This document shows positions 58,102 to 64,000 of a DNA stretch of 64,000 nt, one piece after another. This DNA is from an uncultured Hormoscilla sp. GTDB lineage: Bacteria > Cyanobacteriota > Cyanobacteriia > Cyanobacteriales > Desertifilaceae. Position 1 is the stretch's first letter. The number at the start of each line of letters is the position of its first letter. The notes beneath the pieces were generated by a model that was not told where the DNA came from, did not search any database, and saw only the letters and a list, made by a program, of their open reading frames with translations. The DNA is taken from the NCBI GenBank assembly GCA_963921275.4, contig OZ001293.3:1696001-1760000 (forward strand). The letters run 5' to 3'. The translations under genes and the position numbers were made by a program.

Positions 58102-58422
58102 ATGTCAAAGATAAAACAACAGATCCAACGGCTATTTGGCATCTCACAGCCCCAGACTACTCCCGAACCTCCCCCGACTGCTGCCAAGACGGATGCTGAA
58201 TTAGAAGCAACCTTCCAGCGCCTCCTGGAAGGAGTAAAAAATGGCTGGAGTCGGGGCAATGTATTGGGATTCTTCATCGGAGAGAAGACTACACAAGGGG
58301 AATTATCAGCCTGGTTGCGTCCCTTTGGAGAAACATTGCTCGCCTCACCCACCCAGCATGAAGAGTTAGCACTGGGGATGCGCGCGCCCTCAATCAGTTG
58401 CAGGTGCAAGGGCGAACGATAA
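58102..58422 (+). pseudogene. Truncated paralog of the N-terminal domain of the 55876 TPR protein
   Basis: FQRLLEGVKNGW...WLRPFGETLL resembles FLRLLEGVAGGW...WLHSFGERTL. Confidence 0.55.
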
Positions 58423-58813
58423 AGGTAAATCAGAGCAAGCGATCGGGACTTAAATAATACCGTCCAATATGCCAGCGTTGGGTCAGCAGTAAGCGGCGTC
58501 ACAGCCAGAAGACTATCAACCAAGCGGTCGCTGAATCAGAAAGAGATGTCCATACCAGAACCCTTTGGCTGGAGTGCGGTCTCGGGGATAGTAGCGATCG
58601 CGATAGTGGTAATCTGGAAAAAACTACGTCGCCACTAAAACGTAGTAGAGTTGATACCATTGTGTCAAAACAATGCTACAATTAGAAGCGTTATGTTATT
58701 AGTCGGTATAACACCGGCTCATACCGAGTTACCTGGGGACCGCCTGGTAACGCGCGGGGGTTTGAACCCCCGGCGGGCTGTAAAGAAAGAGACCCTATAC
58801 CCCCCACCTGCTA

Positions 58814-59647
58814 ATGTCAGACGAACGCACAATCAAAAGCCTGTACACAGATGGAGCATGCACCGGCAACCCAGGACCTGGAGGCTGGGGCGTCCTAGTA
58901 AACTTCAACGATGATTCTATCCATGAAATGGGGGGTGCCCTTGGGCAAACCACCAGCAACCGGATGGAACTGCAAGCCGCGATCGCGGCCTTAAGACTGG
59001 TAGCTAGCACGGGACAAACGGAACCAGTCACCCTCTACACCGATAGCGAATATGTCAGAAAAGGGATAACAAGCTGGATAGCCAGTTGGAAAAGAAATGG
59101 CTGGAAAACATCCCAAGGGAAACCGGTGCTAAATCAAGACCTCTGGGAAAGGCTCGCGAAGCTCAACAGCCAGCAGGTAAAGTGGGAATACGTCAAAGGC
59201 CACAGCGGCAACCCAGGCAACGAACGCTGCGATGCGATCGCCCGGGCCTTTGCCAGTGGCCAACAGCCCTCACTACAGCAAGCAGCAGCGAACCCCTTAG
59301 CCTTAGAAGAGAGCAACAATACCCTCGACAAAACGATAGAATCCAGTCAAGTTCCCCTCGATCATGCCATGAATGACTTGCCCATGCCTGAAGAACCCGC
59401 AGCAGATAGCCTGCCCCGCGAAATCAGAGTCGCCCAACTACGCAACCTGATAGAAACCTTGCAAATAGCCGATGAAATAGCCAGCAAAGGCTACCTGATC
59501 GCCAGTTCCGAAATCGCCGACCTCATGGATATCAACGCCAGTGCAGTCACCAGTCGGGGCGAGCACTGGGTGTGGCGTAACTGGGTAGTCTCCCGAGTCC
59601 GACGGGAAAGCAATCAAATCCTCTGGCAACTAGAACGAGTCGATTGA
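58814..59647 (+). CDS. rnhA: Ribonuclease HI with cyanobacterial C-terminal extension
   Basis: YTDGACTGNPGPGGWG, NRMEL, TDSEYV, VKGHSG..GNERCD. Confidence 0.95.
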   Translation: MSDERTIKSLYTDGACTGNPGPGGWGVLVNFNDDSIHEMGGALGQTTSNRMELQAAIAALRLVASTGQTEPVTLYTDSEYVRKGITSWIASWKRNGWKTSQGKPVLNQDLWERLAKLNSQQVKWEYVKGHSGNPGNERCDAIARAFASGQQPSLQQAAANPLALEESNNTLDKTIESSQVPLDHAMNDLPMPEEPAADSLPREIRVAQLRNLIETLQIADEIASKGYLIASSEIADLMDINASAVTSRGEHWVWRNWVVSRVRRESNQILWQLERVD

Positions 59648-59939
59648 ATTGTTAATTGTTCGTGCAATTAGCAATTCTAAATTGGCAATTCACCCAGGCA
59701 AGTCTGGCTAAGGCCAGGCTGGATCGGGAGCATCTCACTTTTGCACGTGGATTTGCAAATGGAAAAGGGTGCAACGATAAAGCATGTAATCTAGCCCGCG
59801 CAGGCGGGCTTTGTTCGTGTAGCCGGACCCTAAAGGGTCCGGGCGGCTTTTGTTAAGTTATGTTTAATATGATCTATCGGATGAGGTGGAGAGCATGGCA
59901 CAATACAGGAGAATTTCATCATAATTAGTCAGGTCTATA

Positions 59940-61977
59940 GTGAACGTAGAAATTATTATCATTGGTGTAGGAGTAGCGGCGCTGTCAATCGCCCTAGGGC
60001 TAGAATTACAGTATCGGCGTCGCCCGGGAAATAACCTGGAGTTGACTGCGGGAAACTGGAAACTAGACATGCCGTCACCGCAGCACTATCAGCTGACAGG
60101 GGAGCTAGAATTCATCAACCGGACCGAGGCGCTAGAGATCATGTTGCCAGAGGTCTGGGCAGAAATAAAGCTGTTGTCGGCATCCTCTCTAGAAGGTGTC
60201 AGTTGCAACTCGAAGGTGATTTCCATGCACTCCGATGTCCCTGCTAGAGAGGACGGTTACTGGGATGCGTACATCGTCAAGTGGGCCGCGAAAACCAAAA
60301 TTCAAGTCTCAGTGGAGATCGCAGGGGACAATCTCAGTCACATGCAAACAGCCTGGATTAAGATTTACTATATCACCTATGGCCCGGAAGGCAGAATTGA
60401 CAAGGTCCGCCATATAATTCATCCCTTGCAATATCCAGATAGAAGTATAGCGCCCAAAAAGATAAAAGTCAAGGGGGCAGAGGTATTGCCGATCCGGACT
60501 CACCTGCTCACGGAACTGGATAATCCAGTAGAGGTGGTAAAAAGTTATGTTCTGCCTCACGCCAAAGCAGGGGATATAGTAGCGATCGGGGAAACCCCGA
60601 TCGCCCTGATGCAGGGCAGATATCGTCATCCCAGTACGGTAAAGCCCGGATGGGCAGCAAAACGGATATGCTATTACTTTATGCCCACCTCCAGCTTAGC
60701 AACCGCTGGCGGCATGCAAACCTTAGTGGATCTGTGCGATTCGTTCTAGCCTAACGTGGTCAAACACGGAACGCTAGCCCGGTTTCATTAGCCGGGAACT
60801 CTGACCGCATGGGGGTTAAATTCCCCTCCCCCCAGGTACGGGGGTGACACCGGTCCTCGGTGCTACGAAGCGACATCATCGTGGTGCTAAGCGAGGACTC
60901 AAATGTAGGATAACTGGCAGCCTAAGCCGGTGACGCCGCTAGGAAAGATATCCAAGGTTAGAGCAGGCAAACATGTGCAAGCCTCGTTATAAGGAACCAG
61001 CGAAATAAGGCTATATGCGCTGGCCTAAAAAGGAAATGGTAGCTAGTATTAGTTTTAGACTCTGGCTAATATAGTACTCAAATAGCTCCCGGGGTATAGT
61101 GTGGACCTAAAGGTATCGCGAAATGTTGTTAGGGAACGAAGTAACCTCTCGTGTGCTGTCCATCAGGACAAGTTAGATGTTAAGCGCAAGCCACGGGGGG
61201 AGGGATGGCCCAAGAAGCGAATGCCCGGGGTAATTCCTGGGATAACATCTACAGTAATGTAGATGATGCTGGGTAGCCAGCGCTGACGTGGGTCGGTGAT
61301 ACTAGGAAGCTGCTGGAATGAGTAATCCTAAAAAGCCACGGAACTAATCCGAAACGCAAGTGGAGGATAAGGTATGGATAACTGGTAAAACTGACTTGAA
61401 AATGGTGATACTAACGGTTATCAGAACAACCACTCGCTAAACCAGGAAAGGGAAGAAAAGACAGGCGGCAAGGGCTAACGGAAGTAATTCCTATTAAGTC
61501 TACCTATGAAAAGGGCCTAGTACCCAGTAGCCGGATGCGGTGAAAATCGCAAGTCCGGTTCCGAAAGGGAGGGTCGGGAAGCGATTCCCGGCTCGACCCC
61601 ATCCAGTGGGACCAGTGCGGGTAGTGCTGGCCTTTGTCATCGGGGCGATCGCCAAAGCAGTATTGCGCAAGCCAGGAGTATTTTACCAGCTAGCGGGAGA
61701 GCAAGCCAGACTGATCGATGACGTAACGGGCACCCTGCCCCCCTACGATCAGTTTATCGTCCTGGGACCGGAAAATCCCCAACAGGTAGTGGCCGAGATT
61801 CAAAAAGAGACAGGATTGTCAGCGGCGATCGTAGATGTGAACGACTTAAAAGCGGTTAAGATATTGGCAGCAACCCCTGGTCTAGACACCTCCTTATTAG
61901 AGCAAGCTTTGATCGGCAATCCAGCTGGCAATGCTGACGAGCAGACGCCGGTAGTACTGATTGCGGCGAATAGCTAG
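59940..61977 (+). CDS. F420-0:gamma-glutamyl ligase-like protein; exons 59940-60733 and 61605-61977 (388 aa spliced)
   Basis: PIRTHLL, GETPIALMQGR in exon 1; LIDDVTGTLPPYD, IVDVNDL, NPAGNADEQTP in exon 2; junction MQTLVDL-VGPVRV. Confidence 0.85.
60734..61604 (+). ncRNA. ORF-less group IIB intron, copy 3 (871 nt)
   Basis: 5' GTGCG; domain V TAGCCGGATGCGGTGAAAATCGCAAGTCCGGTTC; domain VI with GCGA tetraloop and bulged A. Confidence 0.95.
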
Positions 61978-62049
61978 GGAATGGCTGCGTCCCCAGCGTA
62001 GCACCATCGGCTGGTTACAAGAGAAACTCCAACAGATGCCCCACCCAAG

Positions 62050-63303
62050 ATGACTCCTTTCTTCCCGGAAAATACCACAGCAACAATCCGCAACTTGACT
62101 CACCGTGACCTAGAGGCGATCGCTCAGCTGTTAGCAGCGCCTACAGTTTCGATATCTTCTGGGAGCGCTACCCGCACAAAAGAGAAGATATCGAAGAGTG
62201 ACCGCAACGATACCTTAATCCGACAGATGCTCCGTTGGTACGGTCTGTTAAAAATATTGAGCCTGTTTCCCAACCCCTGGCAGTACCTATTTTGCGCTTA
62301 CGTGGCACAGCAGGATAACCAAGTCCTGGGCATGATTCAAATCTCCCCATTTAACCGCACGCGCAGTACATGGCGGGTGGAACAGGTGGTGGTAGACGCA
62401 GCAGCTTCCAGGTATGTCATCGGTTCTCAACTCCTGCGTCACTGCTTGCAAGCAGTCAGAGAAGCACGCACCTGGTTGCTGGAAGTAGATGTAACTCATA
62501 CAGATGCGATCGCCCTCTATCGGCAAAATGGCTTTCAACCCCTGGCACAGATGACCTACTGGGAACTGCCACCAGCAATACTAGCTGCATTAGCCTCTCG
62601 GGAACCAAAATGGCCCAATCTACTACCAGTCAGGAACGCAGATGCCCAGCCCCTTTACCAGCTGAATACCGTGGCCATGCCGCCACTAGTGCGTCAAGTA
62701 TTCGATCGCCACATCGATGACTTCAAGACTAGCCTCTTAACCTCTTTCATGCAAGCATTGCAGCAGTGGATCGGTCATACTGAAGTAGTCAGCGGTTATG
62801 TATTTGAAACCCAGCGCCAAGCGGCGATCGGCTATTTTCAGCTGCGCGTCGCCGCAGATGGCCAGGGCCTTCACGTCGCCGACCTGACCGTACACCCAGC
62901 CTACACCTGGCTGTACCCAGAACTCATGTCCCAGATGGCACGCATTACCCAGGATTTCCCAAACCAATCCTTGCAGCTAACATCTGTTGACTATCAGCCA
63001 GAACGGGAAGAGTATCTCGAACGGCTGGGTGCTAGTCGGATAAAACACACCCTGCTAATGTCTCGTTCAGTCTGGCACAAACTCCGAGAGTCCAAGCTAG
63101 CCGTATCATTAGAAAATCTCCAGCTATCAGAGGTAATCCAAGGACTCCAGCCAGCTAAACCGGTCCCACTAGGCCAGCGGTCCTGGTCCTCTGTTCGCCA
63201 GCTGTCAGCTGATGCAGCTCCAGATTTATCTAAGGAGGAAGCAACTAATAATGGCTTTTATGGGTCCTCCGATTTCCCTCAGTTACCAGAGGAACAGCAA
63301 TAG
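62050..63303 (+). CDS. GNAT family acetyltransferase
   Basis: IGSQLLR, AIALYRQNGFQPL. Confidence 0.8.
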   Translation: MTPFFPENTTATIRNLTHRDLEAIAQLLAAPTVSISSGSATRTKEKISKSDRNDTLIRQMLRWYGLLKILSLFPNPWQYLFCAYVAQQDNQVLGMIQISPFNRTRSTWRVEQVVVDAAASRYVIGSQLLRHCLQAVREARTWLLEVDVTHTDAIALYRQNGFQPLAQMTYWELPPAILAALASREPKWPNLLPVRNADAQPLYQLNTVAMPPLVRQVFDRHIDDFKTSLLTSFMQALQQWIGHTEVVSGYVFETQRQAAIGYFQLRVAADGQGLHVADLTVHPAYTWLYPELMSQMARITQDFPNQSLQLTSVDYQPEREEYLERLGASRIKHTLLMSRSVWHKLRESKLAVSLENLQLSEVIQGLQPAKPVPLGQRSWSSVRQLSADAAPDLSKEEATNNGFYGSSDFPQLPEEQQ

Positions 63304-63318
63304 CTTGGACGGAAAACT

Positions 63319-63765
63319 ATGGTGATAATTTCAGCATTGGGTTTAGATATCGGCAAAAAGCGCATTGGAGTAGCTGGTTGTGATGGCACGGGATTGATAG
63401 CCACTGGACTGACAACTATCTCACGCACTTCCCGATCGCAAGTAGTGGCCTCCTTGGGAGAACTGGTCGTAGAACGCCAAGTTCAAGTTCTAGTAATCGG
63501 TTTACCCTATACTATGAAAGGCAGCTTGGGTTATCAAGCCAGACTTGTGCAAAAATCAGCTCGTGGCCTGGGCGCGGCCCTGCAGTTGCCAGTAGAATAT
63601 GTTGACGAACGACTGACTTCCGTGGAAGCAGAACAGCTATTAATTGACCAAAAGCTTTCCCCCTCTCGCCACAAGGAATTAATCGATCGCAAGGCAGCTT
63701 GCCTGATTTTGCAGCGATGGTTGGACTCACAGGCTACACGGCTACGCCTGCCGGGCATTAGCTAG
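63319..63765 (+). CDS. ruvX: YqgF/RuvX family nuclease
   Basis: LGLDIGKKRIGVA, VIGLP, DERLTS, ID..AA.LILQ. Confidence 0.92.
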   Translation: MVIISALGLDIGKKRIGVAGCDGTGLIATGLTTISRTSRSQVVASLGELVVERQVQVLVIGLPYTMKGSLGYQARLVQKSARGLGAALQLPVEYVDERLTSVEAEQLLIDQKLSPSRHKELIDRKAACLILQRWLDSQATRLRLPGIS

Positions 63766-63921
63766 TGTCAGCGTAAGGCAGGCGATCGGTACCCGTCCGA
63801 TACTAGCGCTATGAGATCAGTTCTAGATGTCCCACCGCGCCTGCGGCAGAGTCGTCAAAAATTAACAACTGTACTAGGGAATTTGAATTTAAGCCAAGTG
63901 TGAATAAGGAGAGTTAACTGG

Positions 63922-64000
63922 ATGGACGAAGAAAACATCGATATAGAGACTCCAACGGTTACTTTGACAGATGTAGCAGGACGAAAGCTCACCTGTTACC
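63922..64000 (+). CDS. DUF3727-like protein, 5' partial
   Basis: AGGAG-like RBS, then MDEENIDIETPTVTLTDVAGRKLTCY; usual neighbour of cyanobacterial ruvX. Confidence 0.6.
   Translation, partial: MDEENIDIETPTVTLTDVAGRKLTCY

Noticed and set aside
58814..59647. Functional link between rnhA and the neighbouring intron
   Set aside because: Ordinary chromosomal context; no evidence beyond proximity
60950..60960. CCAAGGTT as EBS2 of intron copy 3
   Set aside because: The equivalent position in the other copies does not match their exons, whereas 60990-60994 covaries in all three
61540..61604. N-terminus MKIASPVPKG... of the 145-aa ORF
   Set aside because: It is intron domains V-VI; the real exon starts at 61605

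Overview
Cyanobacterial DNA: the HIP1 octamer GCGATCGC is frequent, and psbI, hemE and a CpcS/CpeS-family bilin lyase are present. Many pseudogenes, IS remnants, MITEs and short palindromic repeats suggest an eroding, possibly host-associated filamentous cyanobacterium (inference). The main signal is a family of three related ORF-less group IIB introns of 835-891 nt (34570-35460 -, 54501-55335 -, 60734-61604 +). Each lies in the sense orientation in a different protein gene, and exact removal restores the local reading frame. Their EBS1, EBS2 and EBS3 sequences differ and each matches its own exons. All three share a non-canonical 3' end (...CCCC-NN-CY instead of AY), supported by gamma-gamma' and EBS3 covariation. 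No intron RT/maturase is encoded in the window. Other notable items: a PARIS-like ABC-ATPase + TOPRIM pair, palindromic elements inserted in frame into coding sequences, a nested IS/MITE pile-up, two DUF5678-like + aspartic protease pairs, and a hypervariable 24-aa LRR/Ig/RTX gene flanked by ~163-bp direct repeats. Family names come from motif recognition only; no database was searched.
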